DNA of 63,844 nucleotides, filler included, from 5 parts of 5 records of this genome joined end to end with filler, not necessarily neighbours in it; one strand, 5' to 3'; counted from the first letter of the whole stretch, positions 29,701 through 40,074 are shown. The notes: generated by a model from the sequence alone, not told the origin. Program-made: numbers and translations.

Positions 29701-30873
29701 CATGCGTGCAAAGAGTCGCGCGAGTTGTACGTGTTCGAGCTGGCTGGCGCGATTCTTGGCCAAGTGCGTGTTGAGATGCTGCCGTGCGCCCCCGAAGGGC
29801 TGACGGCGAATCTCCTGCTCTTGCAGCAGACGCATGCGGTGCTTCCCGTCGACCTGCTCCATCAGATCCGCGTAGAACTGGTCGCGATAGGCGGCGATTG
29901 GTCCAAGTAAACTTGGCAAGGAAACTGTGGAGGGGAATGCACCAGGGCCGTAGCCGCTTATGCCAGCGGCCATCAAAATTGTGCCAGCCATCACGCCAGC
30001 CGACTCGAACATTAGCTCCTGAGTCGAAATCTCGCCCGCTTCATCCTGGATGCGTGCCAGCAATGCGTCCAGCGTTACTTGATGAATTACAAAGCGGCGA
30101 TAGTAACCCGATCCATCGATGCAGTGAGGGTCCCATTGGCCAAAATGGTAGTTGGGGCGCTGGTTGACGGGGTGATCAAAGTCGTACGCCCGAGGGTCAA
30201 TGGCAAGTTCGGACAGCTTCGTCAGATCGAATTGTGCGCTCCGCAGAATATCGGGACTTGTGTTCTGCAAAATCTCCATGCACTGTTTGACGACGGACTG
30301 GTACGGGCCGGTCGTTGGGCCGACGCCTTCGGTCCAAACCGGCATCGGACGCAGCCATTCGTTCGGGTAAGGTTCAAGCCTTCGGCCCTCCAACACGGCG
30401 ACGGGTCGATAGCCGACGTAGTCATTGAGCGACTTTAGTGCGCCGTCGACGATCGCTTGCCGGTCGTCAAAGTTCGGGCCTTGTCTGAGGATCGCTTCCA
30501 TTACACGGCCAAGAAAGAAGCCGTTGAAAATTGCCTCGGGTTCTTGGTGAAAGAGGAGATCTTTGTGGAAGTCGATGTAGGCCGGTAGAAAGTCGAGCCA
30601 CACGAGCTCAAGCATCTGTTCTGCTTGGCGGGAATCGGCAAAGGCAGCGTTTCCGCTGGCCAGTCGCGCTAGCTCATCTTGGAGCCATTGTTGGATTTGC
30701 AGCCAGGCTGGCAGGCCTTCAAAGACGCCGCCCGGCAGGGCTTTTGCGTAGATGCGATTCAGCGCAGCGAGCACCTTTTGATCGGCAGTGCCAGAGGAAA
30801 AATTCAAAAACCCGAGCACCTGCGTCAGGTCGGCAGAAAGTTCTCCATCGGGGCTGTCTGTATTCGCGTCCAC
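26740..30873 (-). CDS. large (~1380 aa) hypothetical helical protein; start uncertain
   Basis: Uninterrupted 4.1-kb ORF with protein-like composition and a central acidic linker; no recognised catalytic motif. Confidence 0.85.
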   Translation of the reverse strand: MDANTDSPDGELSADLTQVLGFLNFSSGTADQKVLAALNRIYAKALPGGVFEGLPAWLQIQQWLQDELARLASGNAAFADSRQAEQMLELVWLDFLPAYIDFHKDLLFHQEPEAIFNGFFLGRVMEAILRQGPNFDDRQAIVDGALKSLNDYVGYRPVAVLEGRRLEPYPNEWLRPMPVWTEGVGPTTGPYQSVVKQCMEILQNTSPDILRSAQFDLTKLSELAIDPRAYDFDHPVNQRPNYHFGQWDPHCIDGSGYYRRFVIHQVTLDALLARIQDEAGEISTQELMFESAGVMAGTILMAAGISGYGPGAFPSTVSLPSLLGPIAAYRDQFYADLMEQVDGKHRMRLLQEQEIRRQPFGGARQHLNTHLAKNRASQLEHVQLARLFARMGNAPASKEQSDVVPVPSARIVSRIDCLMTQADQLLENGDYEQAVDVVQTVSDLVHRGIECGAIVDPWNILGFAGNFARFEGPDSAIHDHRVDDLIQLMEQCFSLQSRIWRETAASGETQLADRMQLLMRESTKWWRQFAAHEVQDLQATDAEEIYQSAELVAKALLLWHEGEESTGNVRFWAPHAELFDSPKAYALVVESLLTRGDFVASMALLVHWLGQAERVGLQQGEDSFSDLARRWMQKLQSHLSMPEHDDARGVDWSIAHKFFDHLEANAEGYWHPPKFQLGKPGDSRRNDLATAEGDDFELEDDEAETYGAAYDGVTYNDSTDDGIDDFIPEEESGSEASELLAESNRLSQHLTFLTALAQMWKGAALSDHLHKQLRQGGEIAEETDDDRTLRQSRIEAMLGWANQASENRRGLLELLTSVADFKIPKSSADHDAMSRYDRQRLVKESLLEKIISAAVETADARRMLLSNLAVTGTEVAGVEDHLASLPDEDRMALELVGQLIYEGHERVQELFPKLLVALRPKKLLYIPLSRGGDPGLIYSVRLRRRIMSHLLAWLPRQGFFFQTCELIETARFMEHHNPIGPGAVTEFDDLFELCFVSMVRSVVQSAIHWQWDQSQGPLPPEEQSPCKIDLGVHDGEALGDDEPNSDEVIAILEQLTEVMLGSWLAHSRTLRLSVLESVDNSRSWKQLVEFIRRFGRPLFTQSFLRLGNVRAILHQGVLHWFEQMVDEGIEPELEPLFDALASGELDRRDAEKLMSVVLEAVIDHYSEYRDYNSTTTQSDRGDMLYMLLDFLRLRVRYDRVSWNLKPIYWTHEVLVRAGCQQAAMQWRRALAERIGRESDNYIENLQKLQAKYAMRLPTVADRLHERFTRPMTVDRMRALVGPAVRQFREQGEESPAFELLIDECKLMMEQPTGVGLDVPQWLASLDDEVQRVVETDAGIHQRPNAETAIPFRRLSSDEIITQLTAATERIKTLHLTE

Positions 30874-31183
30874 GGGTTTTCTTATCCATAATCGCGAGAA
30901 CGTCCAACCCGAGTCCGCGCACTGGTGCGGAAGCTGTCGGCTACTGGTTGGCCTGGGGCAATCACGGTGACGAGTCGGTCCGCTGGTGCGCGCTCGGTCG
31001 ACGGCTGCTTCCGGCCTTGTTCTCGCTGCAAAACACACGGCATGTATTCAGAACTCAAGGCGTTAATTTATGGTCGCGCCTCGAATGGGTCTAGCCGGTG
31101 ACGACTCCGCCGACTGCGAAATCGGCGAATGCGAATCTTCGATCAAAGAAATGATCGCCAAGCCTCGGTAGCCGGGAGAGGGG

Positions 31184-32803
31184 CTATTCCTTGCGACCGT
31201 CACGGACCGTGTTGAAGTACTCGCGCGTGTGCTCACGCTGCATCTTTGGCAACTGCACGTCTTCGAGTGGTTCGGGCTCTTCAGAGAGGCTGCTCAGCAC
31301 GGCGTCCTGCACTTCGGCTCGCGTGACACCCTTGCGATTGGCTCCGCCAACTTTGCCGCCGTAAACGGTTTCGCCCATTCTCATTCGTTCGCGTTGACGA
31401 GAATCGTAGAAATCGACGTCATCCTGCTCCTCCGCTCGGTCGCCAGAGCCCTCCCCTTCGCCCATTCCATTGCCATTGCCGTTGCCAGGAAGTTGGCCCA
31501 TTTGCCCCATGCCTTGCATCATTTCGGATTTGCTTTCCGACAGGGAGTCCATTAACTCGTCCAGATCTTGAAGTTCCGCGTCAGAGGCGTTCATCTCGCT
31601 TAGCTGCTGCATGAGCTGATCAAGTGATTCAGCGGCCTCCTGCATTTCGCCTTCCTGCATGGACTGGGACGCTTGCGAGAGCATGTCGGCCATCTGTTGC
31701 ATCTGTGCCATGCTGGAATCGGCCATCTGCATTTTTTCTAGCTTACGTTGGAGCTGCGACGCCTTTTGCATGTCGCCGGCGGCTTCGGCCTGATTGATCT
31801 GTTCCTGCAGTGCCTGTTTGGCTTTTTCATGTTCACTGGCTGCCTGCGACAGTGCTTTCTCAAGTTGGTCGAGCTGCTTTTGCATTTGCGACATGTCGTT
31901 CTCGGACATTTCGCCGTTGGACATCTTCTCCATCAAACGCTCTAGAGCCTCTTCGGCCTTGGTGAAGTCGCCTTCCTTCATCGCGTCCGCAAGCTCGTCC
32001 ACGGGCCCCGGCTCAAGCTTGCGCAAATTGCCAAGGTTCTTGCGGAGTGCGTCCGCGTCGCCAAGTTCCTTCCGCCGCTCTTCGAGTTGTTCTTTGATGT
32101 CGTTGAGTTTTGCAAACGCTTGCTTGGTATCGAGTTTTGTGTTCTTACGCAGATCGGCCAAGTCGCCCTCTAACTTCTTGAACATATCGACAGCCGAGTT
32201 AAGCCCTTTGGCTTCCGCTTTTTTACGTTGCTTCTTAATCTTCTCAAGCAGCTTGTCCGTCGAATTCTTGACTTGCTTAACAGAAATCTTCTTGCCAGCG
32301 GCTACCTCCTCAGGAGCTTCGCGGTCTGGCACGAGGACGAGCAGGCCAACGATGAGAGCAGGAAGGGCAGGAAGCAAGATCTTTGGCGAAAAGCCCCAAT
32401 TGAACTGATCACGCACATCCACCGACGCAGCTTTGCGTTCCGCGTCGACCAACATCGCTTGGCCCAATTCTGTTTCGCGGTCTTCTGGTGCAGAGACAAG
32501 TGCACTGGACAATCGCTCGCGCAAGCGAAATCGTCGATCCACTTCGCTCGCTGCATCGGCAATCGTCGGCCGGCCGATGAACGTCAGGCACAGTGTCGTG
32601 ATCAGGGCGATTGCGGCTGGCGCGGCCAACCAACTGATCAACCAAACTTTGGGATCGCTATCGATGTAAACGAGCTTCGTCAAACCGAGTCCGATAGCGG
32701 ATACGCACAGGGCGACGAGCAGTGTGAGCGGTAGGAATCGGAGAAATCGACTAAACGTCAGACGCCGACGAGCTGCTCGGGCCTGTTTCAGAATCGTATT
32801 CAT
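31184..32803 (-). CDS. membrane-anchored coiled-coil hypothetical protein
   Basis: Three N-terminal TMs, LRERLSSAL, a long Q/M/E-rich coil, Gly-rich linker and ...REHTREYF C-terminus; GGAGA RBS. Confidence 0.85.
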   Translation of the reverse strand: MNTILKQARAARRRLTFSRFLRFLPLTLLVALCVSAIGLGLTKLVYIDSDPKVWLISWLAAPAAIALITTLCLTFIGRPTIADAASEVDRRFRLRERLSSALVSAPEDRETELGQAMLVDAERKAASVDVRDQFNWGFSPKILLPALPALIVGLLVLVPDREAPEEVAAGKKISVKQVKNSTDKLLEKIKKQRKKAEAKGLNSAVDMFKKLEGDLADLRKNTKLDTKQAFAKLNDIKEQLEERRKELGDADALRKNLGNLRKLEPGPVDELADAMKEGDFTKAEEALERLMEKMSNGEMSENDMSQMQKQLDQLEKALSQAASEHEKAKQALQEQINQAEAAGDMQKASQLQRKLEKMQMADSSMAQMQQMADMLSQASQSMQEGEMQEAAESLDQLMQQLSEMNASDAELQDLDELMDSLSESKSEMMQGMGQMGQLPGNGNGNGMGEGEGSGDRAEEQDDVDFYDSRQRERMRMGETVYGGKVGGANRKGVTRAEVQDAVLSSLSEEPEPLEDVQLPKMQREHTREYFNTVRDGRKE

Positions 32804-33043
32804 CGCCATTTCTCCAGCTCAGATTTCAGTGGGCACGACGAAGCCATGCATCCATATGATTGGGCACCGAACTTCCGTCTTTTCGGATTAGCACCTATCA
32901 GATTATAGAGGCACAGCCCCTCGCAACGCAAACTGAGTGTCCAGGCACCCACAGAAAGGGGGGCAGTGGTTCGACCGCGAATGGACGCCAGATCATCGTG
33001 CTGGAGGCTACCAGGATGAGACCATTCTCCAGCGGCTTCAAAC

Positions 33044-34054
33044 CTACGCCCTGCGAACGTCGCTAAAGGCCTTTCGACGACGCGAAAGCAGGTGCAATCC
33101 GGCGGCCAGCATGACCCAGCTCGCGGCTGGCTCTGGGACTGCGGTTGTAAAACGCTCAATGGAGACGTTGTATCCAGTGAAATTTCCGTCGGCGTCCGTC
33201 TGATGGCGATAGAGAACAAATTCCATGTTGTCCCAAGGTAGCCGCGGCGTCTTTCCGGCACCTGGGCCAGCAGCTTCATCTGCCTCGATAAAGCCCGAGC
33301 CGTCGGCGTCGAGTTGCATGCCTGCAAAATCAATGGGTTGCGTTTGCTCCGAACCGACGAGCGAGTCAGCTAGGCCGATAGTCGCGTTCAGGAACGATCG
33401 GCCGGGATCCAAGGCGGCTTCTCTTGCGGCGTCGACAAAATCCTTATTGATGCCATCAAAACTCTCGTAGGCAAAGAGAATGTCATTGGCCATAAACTCG
33501 AAACCACGCAGCGTCTGAGCGGTACCGAACAACGCGACTTGAACCGAGCGTACGGTTTCAGGGAACAAGGTCAGGGCTCCGTCGGCGTCAGCAACGGTTT
33601 CTAGATGCAAACGAACGTTTTCCCAAGTTACCGAATAAAGCCCGGCAGCCCGGCGTTCTGTAATTCGATTCGTCGGAGCACCCGGCGTGAAGCCTTCCAG
33701 TAGATCGGGCCGGATCATCAGGATGTCGTCAAACATCGGAGCGATGACCTGCGTGTTGCGAGGCATTTCGTTGAGCTTGGACGGGTAAAAAAAGTCCAGC
33801 GAGGAACTCGAGAGCGTACCGTTAACGCCGACATGCAAGTTTGGAGAAAGGTCGCGGCCGAAAAGCTGGAAACCAGCCAATCCGGTTGCTCGGACGACCG
33901 AATGTTCATCCAAGGAAGTCTCCGAGCCGTATTCGTCGGCGAAGATATCCGTTCCGCCCGGCAGCAGAGCCAAGTCCGCTTGGGCGTCGCGATCGCTAGC
34001 AATTAGCGTAACGACGAGAAAAACCGCCAGAGAAGCGCATCGTTGCAGTTTCAT
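33044..34054 (-). CDS. PEP-CTERM sorting-domain surface protein (nidogen-like N-terminal region)
   Basis: Signal peptide (AQA|); C-terminal AVPEPAAS + TM + RRRK; VIAPMFDD. Confidence 0.85.
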   Translation of the reverse strand: MKLQRCASLAVFLVVTLIASDRDAQADLALLPGGTDIFADEYGSETSLDEHSVVRATGLAGFQLFGRDLSPNLHVGVNGTLSSSSLDFFYPSKLNEMPRNTQVIAPMFDDILMIRPDLLEGFTPGAPTNRITERRAAGLYSVTWENVRLHLETVADADGALTLFPETVRSVQVALFGTAQTLRGFEFMANDILFAYESFDGINKDFVDAAREAALDPGRSFLNATIGLADSLVGSEQTQPIDFAGMQLDADGSGFIEADEAAGPGAGKTPRLPWDNMEFVLYRHQTDADGNFTGYNVSIERFTTAVPEPAASWVMLAAGLHLLSRRRKAFSDVRRA

Positions 34055-34456
34055 AGGGGAGCTTCCTTTCTCAAATTCGATTCGCATGTCTGCCAACAGC
34101 GGAAGCGGGCGTCGTGCCTTTGGCAAACGAATCTGCGGCCAATTCTTTGCGTTGAAGTGCCACAGCATTTTGCAGAAACGGGGCAACGCTTCGAAGGGCG
34201 AGATCGAAGCGGAGGCAGTATAGGCAAATTGCTCGCCCGAGGGGATAGCAGTCTGAGCGATTTGCATAGTTCAGGTAGAATAACGTGACGTTGACCGCTG
34301 TCCCCAATTTGAGCCATACTGCACAGTTGCCCAAACACTTGCATGCCAGCGGCCCAAGCGACGCGAAAACCAACGCCGTGCCGCAACTTGAATTCCAAGC
34401 TGACGCCGCGCTTGTACGCGACGACTGCCGAAACAAAATTTACTGGATCAACCACT

Positions 34457-35743
34457 GTGTCTGCCGCCACCCAGCAGAATGTCACTGAAACCGATTTGCC
34501 GGCCTATTGCCTCGACGTGGGGCGCCGCGCACGAGCCGCTTCGGCTGAGCTGGCCGTTTTGTCGACCGAGAAAAAGAACGCTTGGCTGCTAGCGAGCGCA
34601 ACAGAACTTGTCGCCCGAGCTGACAGCATCCTGGCTGCAAACGCACTCGATATCGAAGCTGCTCCAAGCTACGGACTAACTGACGCCGCCATCGATCGAC
34701 TCAAGCTGGACGAAGATCGCATAGCCGGAATCGCTCAAGGCATGCGGGAGATCGCTGCACTACCAGACCCGATCGGGCAAACGATCGAGGGAAGCGTTCG
34801 CCCCAACGGTTTAGAAATTCGAAAAGTGCGGGTACCGCTGGGGACCGTATTTTTTATCTATGAATCACGTCCAAATGTGACGGCCGATGCCGCTGCCATC
34901 TGTGTCAAAAGTGGCAATGCTGTAATTCTTCGCGGCGGCAAAGAAGCACGTCATTCGTCGATCGCGATCGTCAAAATTCTAGCCGAAGCTGCCCAAAGCT
35001 GCGGTGTGCCAGCCGATGCCGTTCAGATTGTCGAAACGACTGATCGCGCCGCCGTGGGCCACTTCCTCAAGATGGACGACTCGATCGACGTAGCCATACC
35101 GCGTGGCGGCAAAGGGCTGATTCGTCGAGTTACCGAGGAAGCCACGATGCCAGTCATCAAGCACTACGATGGTAACTGTCATGTTTACGTCGATCAGGCC
35201 GCCGACCCAAATATGGCGGTGGAAATAGTTGTTAATTCAAAATGCCATCGGATGGGCGTTTGCAATGCCGCCGAAGGGGTCGTGATTCACAGCGCGGCTG
35301 TTGAATCCTGTCTACCCAAAATTGCTGCGGCGCTGAAGCAGCAGGGTGTAGAGATCGTCGGTGACGAAACCGCCCAAAACGCGATTGGGTGCGCAGCAGC
35401 CTCACAGGACGATTGGTCTGAGGAATACCTGGGGCCGAAGATCAGCGTCCGCATCGTCGATAGTTTGGTTGAAGCGGCGCAGCACATCAATCAATACGGT
35501 TCTCACCATACAGACGCCATTGTTACCGAAAATTATGCGGCAGCGAATCAGTTTTGCGCAGCCGTGGATTCGAGTGCGGTCGTCGTGAACGCAAGCACTC
35601 GATTCAACGATGGCGGCCAATTCGGCTTAGGTGCGGAGATCGGAATTTCAACGGATAAGTTCCACGCGCGGGGCCCTTGCGGTCTCAAAGAGCTTACAAC
35701 ATACAAGTACATCGTAACTGGTAATGGCCAAGTTCGTTCTTAA
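34457..35743 (+). CDS. proA: gamma-glutamyl phosphate reductase
   Basis: Motifs [25 protein letters not shown] and [22 protein letters not shown]; start approximate. Confidence 0.96.
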   Translation: MSAATQQNVTETDLPAYCLDVGRRARAASAELAVLSTEKKNAWLLASATELVARADSILAANALDIEAAPSYGLTDAAIDRLKLDEDRIAGIAQGMREIAALPDPIGQTIEGSVRPNGLEIRKVRVPLGTVFFIYESRPNVTADAAAICVKSGNAVILRGGKEARHSSIAIVKILAEAAQSCGVPADAVQIVETTDRAAVGHFLKMDDSIDVAIPRGGKGLIRRVTEEATMPVIKHYDGNCHVYVDQAADPNMAVEIVVNSKCHRMGVCNAAEGVVIHSAAVESCLPKIAAALKQQGVEIVGDETAQNAIGCAAASQDDWSEEYLGPKISVRIVDSLVEAAQHINQYGSHHTDAIVTENYAAANQFCAAVDSSAVVVNASTRFNDGGQFGLGAEIGISTDKFHARGPCGLKELTTYKYIVTGNGQVRS

Positions 35744-35792
35744 CAGAAAGTCGAACACGAGCCAAAACTGACTGCCACGGAAGGCGGGAAAA

Positions 35793-36893
35793 ATGTCAGA
35801 CGAAACACTAAATCGCGACGAAGTAGAAGAGCTGCTTCGTAGCATGGATTCAGGCGAATCCAAGAAGAAACCTGCTGAGGCGGATACGCCGGACGACGAC
35901 GATGCTGCAGCTTCGGCCGGCGCGGCGGATGTTGACGCGGCTGCTGAAGCCATGTTGGCCGCAACGAAGAAGCCCGCCGCAACTCGCCAGCGGGTCATCG
36001 CCTACGATTTCAAACGCCCAGAACGCGTTGGCAAAGAGCAGATGCGTGCTCTGCAGTCCCTGCACGAAGGATTCGCTCGTAACTTCGGTGCCTCCGCATC
36101 GGCCCTTCTCCGCACCATCGTCGAATCGAAACTCATCAGCGTCGATCAACTTACGTACAGTGAGTTTGTCTACAGCTTGGAAATCCCAACTTGTTTCAAC
36201 TTGTTGCGGCCGGCACCTTTGGAGGGGAACTGGATTCTCGACATCAGCCCATCCATCCTGTTTCCAATTATCGATCGAATGCTGGGCGGTTCGGCTTCAA
36301 CGGATTCTGCTTTAAAACGCCCCTTGTCTGACATTGAACTGCGTCTGACCAGCCGCATCACCATGACGTTCCTGCGAGAGCTTGCTGAAGCCTGGGCCGG
36401 AACGATCAAACTAGAATGCGAACTAACCCGCGTGGAAAGCAACCCACAGTTAGTACAGATCGTTCCACCGAACGAAGTTGTGATTCTAGTCAGTTTCGAA
36501 ATCACGATGGGCAAAGCTCGTGGAATGGTCAACCTATGCATTCCCTTTAACACAATTGAACGCATCGGTTCCAAGCTCTCAAACAATTCCTGGGTGGGGT
36601 ATGCCTCCAGTCGAGCTAACGATAACAGTCGCGAACAACTGAGCCAGTTGCTCGGCGAATCTAAGGTCGAGCTGGTTACGACGGTAGCAACCAGCACCAT
36701 CAAGGCGGTCGACATGCTCAATCTTCAGGTCGGTGATATTGTCACCACCGAAAAAGATATTGGGTTGCCGATGGAGATCGAGGTCGAGGGAGTTGGGAAA
36801 TTCCTCGGCAGACCCGGTGCCTTCAAGGGCCGCAAGGCGGTCGAAGTGGTTGGCACCATCCCAATGCGAACCACGCCACCGAACACGACATAA
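35793..36893 (+). CDS. fliM: flagellar motor switch protein
   Basis: N-terminal LNRDEVEELL, YDFKRPERV, DQLTYSEF, ESNPQLVQIVPPNE and a SpoA-like C-terminus. Confidence 0.94.
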   Translation: MSDETLNRDEVEELLRSMDSGESKKKPAEADTPDDDDAAASAGAADVDAAAEAMLAATKKPAATRQRVIAYDFKRPERVGKEQMRALQSLHEGFARNFGASASALLRTIVESKLISVDQLTYSEFVYSLEIPTCFNLLRPAPLEGNWILDISPSILFPIIDRMLGGSASTDSALKRPLSDIELRLTSRITMTFLRELAEAWAGTIKLECELTRVESNPQLVQIVPPNEVVILVSFEITMGKARGMVNLCIPFNTIERIGSKLSNNSWVGYASSRANDNSREQLSQLLGESKVELVTTVATSTIKAVDMLNLQVGDIVTTEKDIGLPMEIEVEGVGKFLGRPGAFKGRKAVEVVGTIPMRTTPPNTT

Positions 36894-36942
36894 CAGCCGC
36901 CCAATCACTGAGCGATCAATGGCTCAATCGCCGCGGTTCGAA

Positions 36943-38553
36943 TCAGCCGCAGTTCGAATCAGCCGCCCTGCGAAGCAACTTCTCAGCGCACCGCTCTGCT
37001 ATCCAAAAGGTTGGTGCCTGAGTATTGCCCGACGGAAGATCAGGGAACACTGATGCATCCGCAATCAACACTTCTTCGCAACCATGCAGTGCGAAGTCCG
37101 AGTTGACGACCGAGTTGCTCGGCGAAAGGCCCATTCGACAAGTGCTCGTCGGGTGGTAGATCGACCGAGAAAATGCGGCGATTGACCGCTTCAATCCGCC
37201 AGGACGATTGCCCCTGCGGCCAGGCAGCAACTCGCTTTCGGCAATGCTCTCCATTGCCGCTCCGAAAGCCCCCTGCGTCCACTCCACCGCTGCCTCCAGG
37301 TCAGTGCGGTCGCTTTCTACTGACAAGTAGTTTGGGTCAATCGCAGACAAGGATACGCTGCCGCGACTTTGCGGATGAAGTGGCGTTACGGCGATCGAGA
37401 AACAATCCGGCGCACCGTCGAGCGGGTACTTCAAATAGTGAGTCGGTGTGAAATGCAACTGAAACTCAGGTGCATCAGAATTCTTGTCCAATGAAAAGAA
37501 GGCTCCTGCTTCTGCAATGTTGCTTGCCATCGGTCCGCTGCCGCGCTGGCGAAACTCGTCACGATGCTCTCTGGAAAACCTGAGCGGTAGTCCATCGACG
37601 TTCTTCGCTTTGAAGATGACCGGATAAACCAAGTGATCTTGAAGGTTTTCGCCGACTGCTGGCATTTCCAAAACGGGCCGTTCATCTCCGACGACTTTTT
37701 CCGCCGAGCCGATGCCGGAACGCAGGAGGATTGAAGGTGAGCCGATCGCTCCCGCAGTCAAAATGATTTTCCGACCGGAAACGATACTCGTGGTGTCGCC
37801 CGATGTGTTGCGCAGCACGACCGATGGCGTCTGACCAAGTTCTAGCCTTTCCGCTTCCCATCCCGTCAAGACATCGAGCCGCGACGAGGCCGTGTCGTTT
37901 GGGGGCGCAACATCCCTTTCGTCGCAGACATCACTGAGCTTCAGCCCTGAATGTTGTCGGCGCCCGAACTTCTGGGTAAGCAAAAATAGACCCGCGCTGC
38001 CAGGGCTGCTTCGGTGCAGTAGGTTATTGGTTGAAAACCCGGCCGACTGGGCTGCTTCCAAGAAGGTTCCAGTCCATGGGTGGGGTGATTGAATCGGTGC
38101 TAGATCAATGCCTGTGGCTGCGCATTGAATTCCAGGTTGATTGTTGTCGGTTACAGGCGCCCGTGGTTCTTCCCAGCCCCAGCGGCGATAATCTGCCGAG
38201 GCAGCCGCGACATGAATCAGAGCGTTAATCGCCCCGCTACCGCCTATGGCTTTCCCGCGAGGAAACACCAGTTGCCTGCCAGCCAGGTTTGCTTGCGGAG
38301 CCGTTCGAAAGCCCCAATCCGCGGCGGAGCCGAACAGCCGCGGATAGTAGGCGGGGACCTGCGACAGTATGCCTGCTTTGCCGTTTCGCTTTGCGCTACC
38401 GCCTGCTTCGATCAGGAGAACGCGAGCCTCGCTGCCTTCGACCAGCCGCCGCGCCAAGTGCGCGCCAGCCGAGCCTGCCCCGACAACGATATAGTCGTAG
38501 CATCGATCTTTCGCTGGTCCGTCAAGAAAGCCCACAACCCAATCGCCTCGCAA
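36943..38553 (-). CDS. GMC family oxidoreductase (choline dehydrogenase-like)
   Basis: Motifs DYIVVGAGSAG, PRGKAIGGSGAIN, VGENLQDH, YHPTSTCRMG and DASVFP...GNT. Confidence 0.93.
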   Translation of the reverse strand: MRGDWVVGFLDGPAKDRCYDYIVVGAGSAGAHLARRLVEGSEARVLLIEAGGSAKRNGKAGILSQVPAYYPRLFGSAADWGFRTAPQANLAGRQLVFPRGKAIGGSGAINALIHVAAASADYRRWGWEEPRAPVTDNNQPGIQCAATGIDLAPIQSPHPWTGTFLEAAQSAGFSTNNLLHRSSPGSAGLFLLTQKFGRRQHSGLKLSDVCDERDVAPPNDTASSRLDVLTGWEAERLELGQTPSVVLRNTSGDTTSIVSGRKIILTAGAIGSPSILLRSGIGSAEKVVGDERPVLEMPAVGENLQDHLVYPVIFKAKNVDGLPLRFSREHRDEFRQRGSGPMASNIAEAGAFFSLDKNSDAPEFQLHFTPTHYLKYPLDGAPDCFSIAVTPLHPQSRGSVSLSAIDPNYLSVESDRTDLEAAVEWTQGAFGAAMESIAESELLPGRRGNRPGGLKRSIAAFSRSIYHPTSTCRMGLSPSNSVVNSDFALHGCEEVLIADASVFPDLPSGNTQAPTFWIAERCAEKLLRRAADSNCG

Positions 38554-38576
38554 AGAATAATTGCAAAACGATGATG

Positions 38577-39380
38577 TTACGCGAGTTGGGCGGCGTGGAG
38601 TAGGTCGGCGACGTCGCCATTGCTGACAAGTACGAAGACTCGTGGACCGACTTGCATGGCTGCAACTGTCCAGCGGCCCGAATTGGTCAGCGGACTCAGC
38701 GACTCGGTTAACTCTGCCACCGCAGCAGAAGAATCAACCTCAATCCAGTAAGCGGTTCGACTTCCATCAGCCGATTGCAAATGCCAAATGTCGGCCGACT
38801 GGTTAACTCCGCCAAACGGATTGTAGTCTAGCTGCGTTTTCCCGACCGTTTCTAGCTGCACACGTCGAGGGCTGATTTGGTACCTGGCCTGTGGTGGTAA
38901 GCTATCACTACGTTGCCACTGGACTTCACCTCGCCCAATTGTAGCTACCAGGTCACGACTTCCGCTGATCAGGGAAGCACGTGTTAGATCACTACTTGGC
39001 GGCAAGAGCTTTAATGCAACCAGGAGACTCGCTGCTATCGCCAGCCCTGCAACTACGCTTCCGACAACCGCTCTTCGACGACGAACAACCTTGACATTGG
39101 GAGAGTCAACTGCCCCTGGGATGGATTCCGGGTGCACCGCGTCGCTCGGGCCCGAGTTCGCGTTAGTTTGCTTGTTTGCAGAACTGGAGGCCACGAGAGG
39201 CAGATCGATTTCAGCATGCGAAACGCCGTTTTCGATTGCCTCGGTGTGCAGGCGTCCGCGCAGTCGTTCCATCGCAGCCGTGGCGCGACTTTGGGGAACC
39301 GCTATGTCCGAAATAGCTCCTTTCACCAAAGAGTCGAACTCGGGTGAATCCAAGTCCGGAGCGTTGTGTTGTTTACTCAT
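38577..39380 (-). CDS. putative anti-sigma factor (single TM)
   Basis: Overlaps the ECF sigma stop; RRRR followed by TM GLAIAASLLVAL. Confidence 0.7.
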   Translation of the reverse strand: MSKQHNAPDLDSPEFDSLVKGAISDIAVPQSRATAAMERLRGRLHTEAIENGVSHAEIDLPLVASSSANKQTNANSGPSDAVHPESIPGAVDSPNVKVVRRRRAVVGSVVAGLAIAASLLVALKLLPPSSDLTRASLISGSRDLVATIGRGEVQWQRSDSLPPQARYQISPRRVQLETVGKTQLDYNPFGGVNQSADIWHLQSADGSRTAYWIEVDSSAAVAELTESLSPLTNSGRWTVAAMQVGPRVFVLVSNGDVADLLHAAQLA

Positions 39381-40074
39381 CTTCACCGCCTGTGTGCAAT
39401 AGCTGTTGGCGAAGACTAGTCTTAGCGCGACTCAAACGACTCATCACTGTCCCGATAGGAATATCCAGTTGCCCAGCAATCTCCGAGTAGCTTAGCTGCT
39501 CGAAGTAGTACATTGCAACGATGATTCTGTGCTCTTCTTTCACGCTACCTAGTGCTTCCTGCACCCACTCTTGATTATCAATCGATCGCTCCCCACCACC
39601 GACAGCGGGAACGTCGATCTCACCTTGGTCATCCAATGACGAAGTCGGCTTCTTGCGCCGACACCAACGAATAAACTCATTTCGTGCAATTGCTAGCAAC
39701 CACCCCTTGGCGGCCGCCGGCGCTTTTAGCTGATGCACACTTTTGTAAACCCGAATGAACGTCTCTTGTACGATGTCGTCTGCTAAACTCTCGCTGCTTG
39801 TCAAACGATACGCATACCGAAACACATCATCGTGAAAGGTTGCGAGCAATTCTGTCGTTTGCCGCTCCCGCTCCAAATCACTCAGTTGTGGCGTTTCCGC
39901 CGCTGAAGCATCCGCGTCACCGTCGCAAGCCGGCTTCAGCGCCAGTGCGGGCTCACTGGCCACTTGGCTATGGCTTAAGTCTGACGTCGCGTCTGGCAAC
40001 GCACCGTCCCCCTGCGATGATGAATCGTGGTTGCGATCTTCTGGGTCTTGATCTTCTCGGCTGCGATTATTCAA
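39373..40074 (-). CDS. ECF RNA polymerase sigma factor
   Basis: Region 2 ADDIVQETFIR...WLLAIARN; region 4 LSYSEIA..LDIPIGTVMSRLSRAK. Confidence 0.93.
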   Translation of the reverse strand: MNNRSREDQDPEDRNHDSSSQGDGALPDATSDLSHSQVASEPALALKPACDGDADASAAETPQLSDLERERQTTELLATFHDDVFRYAYRLTSSESLADDIVQETFIRVYKSVHQLKAPAAAKGWLLAIARNEFIRWCRRKKPTSSLDDQGEIDVPAVGGGERSIDNQEWVQEALGSVKEEHRIIVAMYYFEQLSYSEIAGQLDIPIGTVMSRLSRAKTSLRQQLLHTGGEDE

